NCBI GenBank assembly: GCA_040954595.2
Contig: CM082591.2
Coordinates: 5,673,009 to 5,737,008 of the forward strand
Origin: Balanoglossus misakiensis
Lineage: Eukaryota; Animalia; Hemichordata
DNA length: 64,000 bases
Direction: 5' to 3'
Below the pieces are notes generated by a model. That model ran no database searches. It was given only the letters and a program-made list of their open reading frames with translations, and was not told the DNA's origin. The translations under genes and the position numbers were made by a program. This document shows, one piece after another, positions 26,780-39,280 of the stretch. Numbering within the stretch: position 1 is the first letter of the stretch; the number at the start of each line of letters is the position of its first letter.

Positions 26780-27750
26780 CTGAATACATTTATCAGGCGA
26801 GAGGCCAGTAATACCGCAACGATATGACAGTTGGACATGAATCATCGGGACAGCAGATCACAAGCACTCCTGCGTATGCTGCGTTGGTCAAGTGATCACC
26901 GCCCTTGGTGCTCATAGCGATACATTGCAAGGCGTATGTGCGTTGATGGTGAATCGAAGTGATGCTTTCTTGGCATCTCGTTTCGTGATATATCCACGCA
27001 CGTTCTTTTTTTTTCCCTGGCTGAAATCGATTCATTAGTCACCCATTTCGAAACGTAACTGAAGTACCTCAGTCAATTATCCCACTTTCCATTTCCTTTG
27101 CCGTTCTCCATTGCGACGAAAATTGGAATATACCTTTGTGCCAGCGCGCGCGCGCGTCTCTCGTCAAAAGAGCCTAAACCATGCAATGTAGGTTAAGCTA
27201 ATCAGAAATGATATGGTTCGTTGACTTTGCCCGGGGAGGGTGTGTCCACACTTAAACTCTGTTACCTGCATCCCTTGGTAGCCTCGCTTGATATGAAAAC
27301 GTATTGGTTTATCGATTGCATGTTAATAGACAGAACTCGCGGGCATTATTAGGATTTACGTCTCTGTTGAGGTCATTACGTCTTTTTTAGTTGCCTCGTT
27401 TCTTTTAACGACATCAAAAGCCAATACCTTTCTGGCCATACCTTGTATCTGCAATTTTGTTTCAGTAAACCTAATGTACTAGAAAAATCTCGCAAGCCTT
27501 ATTAAAATCTTAAATGTAATCTCCGTGTCAACACGCCGTCCCCTAAACAAGCGATCGCTAACGCAAATATGCTACGAGGGAATAAAAGTATCATTTCGAT
27601 TACCGCGTGACACGGAGCTTTTCCAGTTGCCCTGTGGATCAGTGTACACAGTTGAAAGACATACAACGACGATGGTCGCGAGATTGGAATAATATAACAG
27701 AGAGATATCGCCGATGATTTGAAGTCATCAAACCCCCATTTCTCGTTACC

Positions 27751-27940
27751 TTAAAGGGACAAAGTCTCTTTCGCTGCCCTATCCCATTAGTTATGTTTGA
27801 TATAAGACACCGTTTATTTTATTCTACATGTGGATATATAGTGAATCAACGTTCGACCACACACAACTCCCATCCCATTTGTAGGATATGAGAGTAAAAA
27901 TCTCGCCAAAATGATTAAATGGTACAGACCGATTATTCAT
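27751..27940 (-). mobile_element. MITE family A, left arm plus loop
   Basis: TTAA|AGGGACAAAGTC...ATGGTACAGACCGATTATTCAT, then truncated. Confidence 0.87.
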
Positions 27941-28421
27941 ACTAAGTTAAACTAACCATTCGATGAAATTGGGTGGTAACGTTACAAAATGGCCACCATG
28001 GCTGACATCTCATTCAAGAAATAACAGTGGACAAGAATAGTCATTTTACGAAAAAATTTATGCGCAAATATAATCCGAATGACGTCGCAGAGGAGTGTGG
28101 CGCCATATGGATATCACATTGGATAATCACGTGCACGCAGCCAATCTGGCCTCGAAGGGCACTTTTTGAATAGGTCCTTACTTACTGGAGTAAAGAAGAA
28201 AAAACAATGAGTCGAATGGGAGAATGACCTTTCATATTCAGTGGAAATCAAACTGTCTCCTTCACACAAAGGATATTTATCATCATACTGAGCAAGAATC
28301 CCCATCTATATATTCAATGCAAAGATAAAGTTGTGAAAATCAGAAATCAATATATCACGTGATAGGAAAATTAAAACAGTCAGGACCAATAAACTTACAG
28401 TGGCAAATTCCGTAGAATAGT

Positions 28422-28615
28422 TTAAAGGTATACAGTCACCTCCAATTTACATACGCCCATATAGGGCTGAAATGGCGTATTTGAGGGTTCTAAAGAACAT
28501 ATGGTGGCGCTCTTTTTTTCGCGTGTGCCACCCACTGAAAATCCACGATTGGCTAGATCTCAAGTTTACCATTGTAACTGTAGCTAAATTTCCATAGGTG
28601 ACCGTACAACTTTAA
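28422..28615 (+). mobile_element. MITE family C (~190 bp, TTAA TSD, Kolobok-like)
   Basis: TTAA|AGGTATACAGTCACCT...AGGTGACCGTACAACT|TTAA; core GCGTGTGCCACCCACTGAAAATC..GATTGGCTA shared with three other copies. Confidence 0.85.
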
Positions 28616-28805
28616 TATGCGAGAACAAGGACTCTTTATACGGGGGTTGCGCGATGTTTGTGTGGACATTAGCCTAAGAATGTATGAATCCGAATTTGTC
28701 AACTTGTCAGCTTTGCGGCGATATATAGAGTAAAATAGATTATGCTCGCTTAGATTCGTCGGAGAGTCATACACATGAAAGAGACTGTTTCACATCACCG
28801 AAAAT

Positions 28806-29161
28806 TTAAAGGTTCAAAGTCTCTCTCTCGCTGCCTTGTTTCCATCAATTATGTTTGGTACAAGACATTGTTTATGTTATTCTCCATGTGGATATATAAT
28901 GAATGAATGTTTGACCACACACAACTTCCATCCCGTTTGTAGGATATGAGAGTAAAATTCTCGCCAAAATGAATAAATGGTTGAGACCGATTATTCATTT
29001 TGGTGAGTTTTTTCACTCTCGTGTCTACAAGCAAGATGGAAGTTGTGTGTGGTCGAATGTTCATTCACTATATATCCACATGTAGAATAACATAAACAGT
29101 GTCTTTTATCAAATATAATTAATGGATAAAGGGCAGTGAGAGAGAGATTTTGTCCCTTTAA
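28806..29161 (-). mobile_element. MITE family A, full length
   Basis: TTAA|AGGTTCAAAGTC...TTTGTCCCT|TTAA; loop in reverse orientation. Confidence 0.9.
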
Positions 29162-30051
29162 GCAACGCTATACTGAGTATTCACAGCCAGAGTTTTCCAA
29201 ATACGCAAAATGCGCCAATGTATTAAAGTCACTAACAGTGCATGTTACCATCAAGAAAAGACTTAAATATGATGGATGATATGACGCTGAGCTCGGGGGA
29301 GGAAAATCGTCGTGGTCAATTAGCATTATGACCCGTTGTGGATGAACTATTAACATGGCCCTCGGCGATATATCAATGGGGAAAATGACGGAAAAACACA
29401 CAATGTAGACATTTTGTAAAATATAAATCATTTCAAACATCTATTCAAAATGTAGTCAATCCCATGTAAAAAACACCTGAGTATATTTAACCAAGAGTGA
29501 AAATATAATGACCTGACTATTCTTTGCAGAAACTCGCGTTTGACTTTATTTGCAAAGAGGCGTGCGTGATGTTTCTGACAATACAAGTCGTTTATAACTG
29601 TGCATTTCACTTGACAGTTACGATACATGATAGTCCTGTAATGGGCGCAAATCAGTATTAATATTGCAAAATATGATGACAGATCGGCGACGCGACAAAG
29701 GATGTACAGTAAATCATCCATCATGAATTAAGACGAAAATTGAGGTGCAATCCGCGGGGATATTAGGGTGATATTAACGTATTGGAAATAAGGATACGGG
29801 TGAGTGATGAACTGCCCTGTACACTAACAAGGATTTGCAATTTTATTGCACACACACACAAAACGCGGTTGAAATGCGACGCAATTGCATAAATGTACAT
29901 TTTCAACCAAATATGGAAACCCTAGGTACCGTGAAAGTGTCAATGTGTATAACGCGTTAATATTGCAATTAAATGGGAGTTTGCATGGAGAGCGTGCGGG
30001 GAATAAGACCTAAGAGATATACTGCGACGTCTCCTCGCGCGCTCTGTCTGC

Positions 30052-30403
30052 TTAAAGGAAAAAGTCTCTCTCTCGCTACCCTTTTCCCATCAATTATGTT
30101 TGATACAATACACTGTTTATGTTATTCTACATGTGAATATATAGTGAATCAACGTTCGACCGCACGCAACTTCCATCCCGTTTGTAGGGTATGAGAGTAA
30201 AACCGCGCCCAAAATGAATAAATGGCATAGACCGATTATTCATTTTGGCGAGTTTTTCACTCTCGTGTCTACAAGCGGTGGAAGTTGTGTGTGATCTAAC
30301 GTTGATTCACTATATATACACATGTAGAATAACATAAACGGTGTCTTGTATCAGACATAATTAATGGAAAAAGGGCAGCGAGAGAGAGACGTTGTCCCTT
30401 TAA
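30052..30403 (-). mobile_element. MITE family A, full length
   Basis: TTAA|AGGAAAAAGTC...GACGTTGTCCCT|TTAA. Confidence 0.9.
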
Positions 30404-32699
30404 TACGAACATTAATGTTTCCGGTGCACTGGCCACGGTGGCTGAGTTTTGCCTTCAGGCTATTTAGTGATGCATTGACGCTGATAAAAATATGTCCAAG
30501 GTCAAACATCTATGTGTGATAACAACAATATGAATGCCCCAAGCATTTATATTAATAATGGCACTAGATGTCCCAAGGTAAGGGACTGACCATTCCATGT
30601 TTGCAGTGGGGCCACGATATGGTTGGGGTTTAGGTAACACTAGAAACAAACCTTAGAATGAATATTACATGAACATAAACACAAATGGAACTATTTTGTG
30701 ATAATTGCATAGCGATGAAATGCGTACAAAATGATTAGTATTCGTTGTAGTTTGGGAGTACGTGGTATTTCTGCCATTGTTTGATCAAAATAATTCAAAA
30801 CACAACGATATATATGTTGAGTGTGTAGGCTACTTGTACTGTGCTGAGAGTTTCACAGAGTTTACATTTGGTTCAATGCAATTATCCAAAAACAGTTAAT
30901 TAAATTTACAGATCATACAATTCAGGGCAAATCTTAAAATCGGCAAAATATCATAACATGTTGATCGTCTGCACTAAGTCATAAGAACTTGAAGGTGATT
31001 AATAATGACTCATGTCCCCCTTTTTTTAATTAACAGGTTATTTTATTTTATTAGTCGACTTTTACGACATTCGTTAATAGATCATGGATGAAATTTAATG
31101 GATATTGTGAAATTTGTGAAAAAAACGAGCATTTTCGCTGAAGACTTAAAAAGATGACGTCCCAAAATGTCCGCCGACTGAGATTATTTGCTTTATCAGA
31201 ACACTTTATGCAGCGTAGTAGAAACTACAAGTGTTTGTCACACCTGTTGCTTGACATTGGTAATTCAACAAACCTTTTTTACGCAAAACAAATGTCTATG
31301 GCTGTGTAGGTCGCAATTGTTTTCCGGTCACGTGGTACTGAATTGGGAGGGGTCGTTTTAACGCTCAGGATCACGTGTCCGAGCATGCGCAATGCTTACA
31401 ATGCAGTCATATAAGACATAATTATAAAACACCTTTTTATAGTCCTTGGTAAATTATATCCGCCGGCTGTGTAATCTTTGCACACGGTCAATCCCGAGAC
31501 CTTGCTTTGTAAAACTTGTCAGAATTCAATTCAAGGAATTCTCGATCAACGTGAACCGGCATATCTGAACGTGAAATTATAAGGTCTCTCCCTATCAACA
31601 AAGTAGGCGACAAGTACTTACTACCACCCCACCCAAAATCAAGTGGTCCGTCCCTTATGGACCTTGATTACCCATTTTGTGTACTTGGGTTGTGTATCCA
31701 ATATCTGTTTTTGTTGTTCTGCTGTGTAACATGAAGCATTTGGTTACTTCTCACTTTCATCATTGAAAATCATACTTGATGAAAACAGCGCCGGCAAGGC
31801 CGTATGAGAGAATGTTGTATGCTGGGTCCGATGCGCCCAATGCATGCCGGGACAAGACGGTTAAACGGGAGTGCAGTGAAAGTGACAGGAACTTGTTTGC
31901 GTTCATAAGATCGATCAGTCATATTTTTCATACTGGCGGGAAATTTTGCGGTTGGAACAGCAGGGTGTATACACGGAAGCTCCCGAAGTGGCCAGGTTCA
32001 GCATATATTTCGGAGGTAAAGGCCCGTATTTCTTGACGTAGTCATTTCATAGATATGAACAAAACACCCATTGAAGCTTTTTAGGAAGCAAGGAGTTAGC
32101 CGTGCATGACACGTGCCCCTTTTATCTTATCGCTCAGGGATACACGCATAAAAGGGAAAAGCAGAAACCTAAAGAAATTATTTATTTGTGTCATGCATCC
32201 AACAAAGAATATGTGCTGTTTGCCCTACCAAATCTCGCATGAAACCAATAAGCGCATGTACTTATATTATGCATATTATTAAACTTATTTTTAAAATTAT
32301 TCAAAGCTCCAAAAAGACGTTGCAAAAATGTTAGCTAGAAATCCCTTGTATGTGGATTTTCAGTAAATGTGAATTATACAATATTGTCAATGAGTTTTTT
32401 TTCTGTTGTAAGATCTCGGAGAGGTTGAAAATGTACCATTCTTTGACGTACAAACATAACTAAAGTAAAGGAGATCGCTGACAATCGGTAGCTCAGCAAA
32501 CCTACTGAAGAATAAATACACTGTACGTTTTTTTTCCACCAACTTTGTCTTAAAGCAATCTCCATTTCGTTAACAAATGCCTTAGTTAGCCTTGGTTTGG
32601 CAAGGTCTCAATGCCAGTGGACTATGAGGCTATGGGCCCTCTTGCAGAAAAATAAGGTGGAATGCTGAATTATTTAGAATTAGAAATGACTTCAGATAA

Positions 32700-32882
32700 T
32701 ACAGTCAAACCTCTCTATAGTGGCCAGTCAAGGAACTTTCCTAAACTGGCCTTTATGGACAGGTGGCCCCTATAGACAGGTCAATTAACATACTCGTAAA
32801 CTGCACAGGAAATGCAATAAAGTGGCCACTATATAGAGGTGAACACTATGTATATGTGGCCACTAACACAGCTTAGACTGTA
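32700..32882. mobile_element. Tc1/mariner (pogo/Tigger-like) MITE with TA TSD
   Basis: TA|CAGTCAAACCT...AGCTTAGACTG|TA; internal GTGGCC...TATAG sub-repeats. Confidence 0.75.
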
Positions 32883-33916
32883 GGATCTGAATCTGGCTTT
32901 CTTCTTCACTGTTCGACAAGCTGGGCGTGGACTGTCAAAGTGATGGAACCCTTCTCACTGCGATCTAAATCCTAACTTACAGCCTACACACAAACGCTGA
33001 CGACGCTTTCGTCTTAGACACCCAACCCCGATGAAATAGTGACTACTGTACATGTACGGTAATAATAAAGAGTATTTCTTTTGGAAAAGACTGATGTAAG
33101 TTCTAAGATGGATCACATGGCAGGTAAATACTGCAGTGTAGAATATCCAGGCATGATACGAAAGAGGGAGACGGTTTCGTGCTTGGTGCTTTTATTCCCT
33201 TGACGCCAGGTTTCATATATCTTTCCAAAGGAACTGATATTTTCCCTATACAAGACCGCTCTTCGCCTAATTTTCCCTCCCCATGAGCTGAGATGCGTTC
33301 AGCTATTAGTAATCGGGCATGCAGCGCGGCGTACAACTGTTTAAAAACAGTGTATCTTTGCTAAGCATCTCTTGCTCCGAGGAATTCGGTCTTCCTCCGT
33401 AGGCGAGGTAATTAGTGCCGAGGAATGCGTCTTGACTCGCAGCACACGTCACGGGACATATAAAATATTTCTCGAGTATATTACCCACGTCAAAGCCGTC
33501 CCTGTGACCTCCATATATTCTCCGAGACTTTTGCCGTCCGTCGAGCAGATTTATAATTCCCAGACTCATTAGCGTGACGTGTGCCGTTAGGGCGGGAACC
33601 CAGAACGCTCGTCTCTAATCACACAGCTTGTAAATCGACTGTGAAATCTGTACAGGCATGACACGATTTCCAACTACAGGCGCCCATCGCCGGGCATAGC
33701 TAGTTAGCTCCTTCCTGTAAGGCGCGTCAATGTTTGCCAAAGCTCAGGGGTAATTTTTTACTGATTATCTGATAAATAAACGATAGAGATCGGGAGGCAG
33801 TGCATTAATGTCTCCGTGATTACACCGCCCAACGGGCTGTAGCTGTCTTTTGCCTTGCCTCCCCCGTCTAATTCCAGATCTCTCTCTCTCTCCCTCCACT
33901 AGGTGCACCGTACAGG

Positions 33917-34145
33917 ATGGGGTCGCCATCTTTGCTTCAAACTTTATCAATAGCCGTCATTTGCATACTCGTGCTGGGGACTGTTGTGACCGAGGGGATC
34001 ATGGACTTCGGAGGAAGCAGCACTTTGCAACAAAAACTGCAGTCGGCGTGTCAAAGCGAAACAGCCAGAAACGAGACCCCGTTCATATGTTATCTGATGC
34101 AGACCGCTTCAGACTCCGACCAACCTGCCATTGACAAGCGACAAG
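33917..34145 (+). CDS. Coding exon 1 of an unassigned secreted prepropeptide (neuropeptide/peptide-hormone-like precursor, 149 aa spliced); the exon itself starts at 33903
   Basis: Branch-like CTAAT, a (CT)n tract and CTAG acceptor end at 33902; ATG at 33917. Encodes MGSPSLLQTLSIAVICILVLGTVVTEG|IMDF...ACQSETARNETPFICY...DSDQPAID-KR-Q: hydrophobic signal peptide with T-x-G cleavage, acidic spacer, dibasic site. Donor AAG|GTACGG at 34145/34146, phase 1. Confidence 0.85.
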
Positions 34146-36074
34146 GTACGGTTCACTCAGAATCAGTGTGTATAGGGCCTATATGGTTTTAAAGTCTCTA
34201 TAGCTGCCACTTTTGCATTATTTTCATGATTTTATTTTCCAACTTAAATTGGTCCATAAGTTAACTGATAGGTATACATATCGATGCTCGATTGTTGCTG
34301 TGTGCAGCGATTTGAAAGCGCTATGTATTAAAACGGTGCCTTACCGATTTAATCAGCCTCCATACAAACAGTACACAGCTATCGTGGTATGCGTCGCCAA
34401 GAGATGACAAACTGATGTAAATGCAAGTAATATGGCTTAAATGGTGAGGAGTTTAGGGGATAGGGAATATATTTGAAGTATTTTACTGTGGAAAAAAAAT
34501 ATGTGAAATTTGGCAGCTATGGGGGTTTTAATATGATGGCTCGTGAGTTGCAACTTTTGCTATTATGTTCTCAACATTACTTTTACACTAACATTGATCT
34601 GTGTACATGTCTATAAATGACTGCATGTGTAAGTTTGAAGGATAAAGATAAAAAACAGGTACTGCCGACTCCGTGCATAAACATTGTGTCCTCAATGGCA
34701 TTCAGAGCAATCCGTTTCTATGCGGTTATATGACCAGGTTTATGAAAATTGCGGGTAATTTGCCATGAAGCGAACATAAAAGTACTTGCTCATTCACCCG
34801 TGAGCATTGTTATAACTGAAAGTCTATATCGTGTAATGGGTCGAATTCAAAAAATTCGAAAGTATTTTGAGGTCGACTTATTGCAAAGACTTGCAGCTCT
34901 TTGGCCATCATATGTAAAGTCATGGAACTGACCAATAAATGAAAGTAATTTTCAAGTTGTATGTTCGCAATTAATCCGGTATCATATCCCAAACAGCGAG
35001 AGGAAAGTAAATATTTATTCTTAGGTGGGATAATACAACGTGTCTTTCTGAGATTGGATAATGTTAGTTATTGCCCATGGCAACCGATGGGCAAATTGAA
35101 CCAGTGCAAAGATACCCTGATGACTTTTATTCGTGGGATACGTGTGTGGGTGATTATTGTCGTTTTAACTTCAGGGGGCGAGACTACGTAAGGCCTACGT
35201 CATCCAGAGATTTCCATTTTATGGAAGTCTGAAATGAGTGCGGGCAAACCACCGGGATTTCAATCTCCTGTTTGTGCGACCCTAGCACAAGGAAAGTCGT
35301 TTGGCTGACGGGCTACGGACATTTTTTTAAAACGGGGGCACACATTTAAAATGATTGACGCTGTTAGGCACATCTTCCTTTTTCTCTAATGACTCAAACA
35401 TGTTCCGGCGATATTGAATTATGCAAAGGATGGTTTACATTTCACAAACGACGCAGCGTTCTGAGGAAAGTTTAGCACCAATTAAAATACTTTGTGTTCC
35501 TGTGACGAGTTGTGTACATGATATCTCTGGCAGATTATTGCCTGTGGTAATCGAGACCCAATTTGTGTGTAATAACTCGCATCCTGTCAATATTTTGCGA
35601 ATAACATTCAATTTCTCAACTTTGTTTGTATTCTTCTAAGTCTATGGATCAGTGCTTGAGGGATGCAACTGCTATAATATTATAACATACATGTAGGAGT
35701 TCACCCTTTCTTGCACTTAGCAATGGAAGTACGCTATGCTAAATGCGAGCAGCCGATGTTCACGATGTTTGCTCATGTAATCATCCTGTCTATGTCTAGT
35801 CATAGACACTAGGGTCGAGTCTATAGTCTAGTTTATTTCTCTGAGACGATTACATTGTTTTAAAGGCCGGCGACCGTCTTATGCGCATGCCCGTAATTCC
35901 GTGTGTACATGTACAAACATTACGTCCAATCCAACCGGCTGGCTGCTGGTGGTGGTGGTGTTGGATGGAGTGGTGGTATCTTACACTGTTATAATATGAA
36001 ATGCTCATGAAATCAATACTTTTGTAGTTTTCACATGGTGGAAATAATTTATTTTTTTGTTTGTTTGTTTTCAG

Positions 36075-36295
36075 ATCCCACCGCCTTCAGCAGCGTCGAG
36101 AAGCTTCGCCGCACTCTACTCCGCCAACTGTTCCGTCAATTCTGCAACACCGGTCTGAATTGTAAAACCAACGACGCTGCCACAGCACCATCATCCAGCA
36201 GTCCAGACGTCGCCCGCCTTGCCCAGTATCTCGCCAGCGCTGGCATCAACCCCAGTCAGTATCTCTCACATCACGCTGCCGGCTCACGACAATGA
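36075..36295 (+). CDS. Terminal coding exon of the same prepropeptide
   Basis: Strong acceptor TTTTTTGTTTGTTTGTTTTCAG|AT at 36074/36075. Phase 1 matches the upstream donor (G+AT = Asp). GC-rich coding-like island in AT-rich DNA: DPTAFSSVEKLRRTLLRQLFRQFCNTGLNCKTNDAATAPSSSSPDVARLAQYLASAGINPSQYLSHHAAGSRQ*, TGA at 36293-36295. Confidence 0.85.
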
Positions 36296-36874
36296 TGCCT
36301 TTTTATTTCCAAACACCGGCTTTTAGTTCTGTCAAGCTTATATTACCGCCGTGGAATGGAAGCTCTTTGAAGAAAAAAAAAACATTTTATGAGTTGTGTT
36401 CTAGCCCGTGTATACATGTGCCCCAAAAATAGCCCTCTCATATAACACTGTGTTTTGCCGCTCAAAAGCGTTTCAGTAAGTCAACTCCGGCATTCTGTCG
36501 ATATGTGAAGCCGAGATCAATGACGCCATTTTCACGTTGCTATGTAGTTAAGACGACTCCCGCGCGCAAACGTACACTTATTTCTTTACTTTTAGAGATT
36601 GGCAATCCTTGAGTCATTCAGCAAGTCGCCTCTCAGATTATTAATATTCCCTGATTCCACACTTTATTTACTCTATACACTTTCAATTTCTACATTCACC
36701 AAGGTTCGTAGAATACACCAGCTTTTGAAATCGGAGAGCTTGGTCGACAGCCTATCATATTAATCCTCCAGTTGAAAATACACGTTTGTCATACCAGGCT
36801 CCTGGTGTGATCAGAAGAAAGTGCGTTCCCCTCTAACGATAACTGTCAATTGTTATACATGCCAACATGGCAAA

Positions 36875-36880
36875 AATAAA
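36875..36880 (+). terminator. Candidate polyadenylation signal of the prepropeptide gene (3' UTR ~600 nt)
   Basis: First AATAAA I found after the stop codon, followed by GT/T-rich sequence (GTGTTTG...TGTTTATTTTTATTTT). Confidence 0.5.
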
Positions 36881-38308
36881 TCTACCAAAATATTTTCTCA
36901 GAAAATAAGTGTTTGATCCCAATGTTTATTTTTATTTTACCTTGTAAAAAATCTCAATATGCCAAAGCGTGTTAGCTTTTTCACGAGAAAGTCTTGGCTA
37001 TCTCGGTAGAATTGTCATGGCAATCATTATTAGGTTGTTTGAGAAGTTTAAAATGCGATCATTAAGTGTCAATCACCATTAGAATGGTTATTTCTTCCTA
37101 GCTAGTTAACCAAAAATTCTTTTACATATCTACATGGCAACATATTCAAAATGAAGACAATATTCTACGTATATCCAAAGCTGCATTCTCAGAAAAAATG
37201 ACAGCTATTAATCGCTTACTCTTATATTCTGTATTCATGAAATATTTTTCATCGAACAAGTTTTAATGAATTGTAACACAGGGGTTTCGTCCCTGGCCAT
37301 GGGATTGGCTTAATATCATTTAGCGTTATAACAAGTTCGCATTCTTGAAGTGAGTCGCCATGTTTCTACCAAGAGTTGAGCCAAAGCGGTCGAACGCCTA
37401 TACCGAAATTCCCATCCATGACTGCGACCTGAATATTCTGTTGATTTAACCTAACATTTTAATGACTTTGGAATTAGGGCAGAGGACCGTTGCCTGTTAC
37501 CATATACGGTCATACAGTGGGGCACTCAATTATCGAAAAGGCGTAACCCCAAGGAGAGACACATTCATTTCACTTTATACCTTGGAAAATGCCCAATGTA
37601 AAATTTAGGTCGTTTTCTAGACTTTTGCACACTCGTCGTAGATGGCGCACTCCTGAATACTCTCTCACAAACCAAACTCAGGGTGAGAGTTCAAAGGTCA
37701 AAATATGTGATCCGGGGTTAAATATCCCTAATTATCAACACTTGCTTTATACGGTTAGTAATTACAATGGTTTGTTTCCGTATAGATTCGGGATATACCA
37801 ACGAGTATAGATCATTCTTAGGTTGATTAATTTGAATTTCTGTCTTTCTTGACTTAGATATTAAATGTTTCATCATCAACAGTCAGTCACTCTTGTCAAA
37901 AATGTCTTTTATTACATAATTTGTTTTACTATTAAAACTATTTTTCAACTTATCGTGGTATTTAGGCTATGTTCCTTCCTATTACCCAGTCACGCAATGG
38001 AATTCACCGGTTCGACTTTTAAAAAAGAGATTTCCTTGCTCCCGTCTGGGGAGTACTAGACTTGTTCCTCGTTGTGAAATCATATGTTCTTGAAAATAGT
38101 CCGCTGAAGCTCTCCATTTACGTTGATTTTCAATTGAATGATTACAGGCGACATTCGACGCCTCTGGCGACCCAGGATTACATGTTCCTCTTCAATCTCG
38201 GTGGCTTATATCGCCAGAGTCATCTTTAACCGCGTTAAGGCATTATTTGGGTTTGACAGGTCCCTTTGTGCACTGGAAAATGTACAAGTCTACGGGTTAC
38301 TAATATTT

Positions 38309-38392
38309 TTAAGGGACAAAGTCTCTGTCACTGCTCTTTTTCGATTAATTATGGTTGATACAAGACACCGATTATGTTATTCTACATGTGGT
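38309..38392. mobile_element. MITE family A, left arm fragment
   Basis: TTAAGGGACAAAGTCTCT...GATACAAGACACC...TTCTACATGTGG. Confidence 0.8.
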
Positions 38393-39064
38393 ATCCCCCA
38401 CACTCGGCAATTTCGACTTAGACATCACATCAAAGTATCAATACAGCGAGTGGGTTTGTAAATGATCGTTGTAAGATACGTCACCGAGTACTCTGACGCT
38501 ATGTTCTACGCGGCGTGTTTCTTTCTTGGGATTATCTGACGATAATCTAGCTCGACTTGAACTTTAATCAGAGGAAACCGATCTTCGTTTCGCTCCAAAG
38601 TTGACTCAGTCATGTAGCATTGGATTGGAGTCCACGTCCACCGCACGTCAGTATCAATTGTCCGGGGACAACGAAGCCACCGACGGAAGGGTGGGTGGGC
38701 ACCGATAATTGGATATCAAATCGATGGTGGTACACACAGGGAACGGATGACAATACGCACGATTAAGTCTGACGAACATCAAACGATTTGCAAGCTTCAA
38801 TTTGTCAGTTGATATTTCGTTCATCTCAATAGGGAAAGTATTTCTTTCTCTGGCTAACTTTAATTACATCCGCTGCTCGTTTCGCTGCCGTATCACAAGC
38901 ACACCTGAAGATATGTTGGGTTTACATTTCACCAGCAAAGTAGACGGTTAAGATATATTGCAACATTCATCATTCTGAATGAGTTACCAATGTGCGTTGC
39001 CATAGCAATCAAAAGGCAATCCAAAATATCATTAATTCAGGTAAAAGATCAAACTTTGCCTGTA

Positions 39065-39280
39065 TAAAACTTCAGGACAATAAGCGGTTACATTCCAGCA
39101 ATATACATATTCCCATTGGCCCAGTTCTTGAGTCAAAACACCCAGAGGTAAGCCCAATAGGAATATGTATTTATGGAACTACATGTAACTGATGATTTTA
39201 CTCAAGTTTCATATTTGCAATAGTTAAAACTTCAGGACAATAAGCGGTTCCATTCCAAAATATACATATTCCCATTTGCA
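39065..39280 (+). repeat. ~55-bp direct repeat with 160-bp period
   Basis: TAAAACTTCAGGACAATAAGCGGTT.CATTCCA..AATATACATATTCCCATT at 39065 and 39225. Confidence 0.85.

Noticed and set aside
33917-34192. Unspliced 91-aa ORF as the final protein
   Set aside because: A donor at 34145/6 and a phase-matched strong acceptor at 36074/5 explain both ORFs better; the tail after KRQ lies in AT-richer intron-like sequence.
33917-36295. Insulin/relaxin, calcitonin, AstC/somatostatin, CRH or PTH assignment of the precursor
   Set aside because: There is no A-chain CCxxxC pattern. The C-x5-C is not N-terminal and there is no Pro-amide. Spacing is not C-x6-C at the C-terminus. The VEKLRRTL resemblance to PTH/DH44 helices is too short to support a call.
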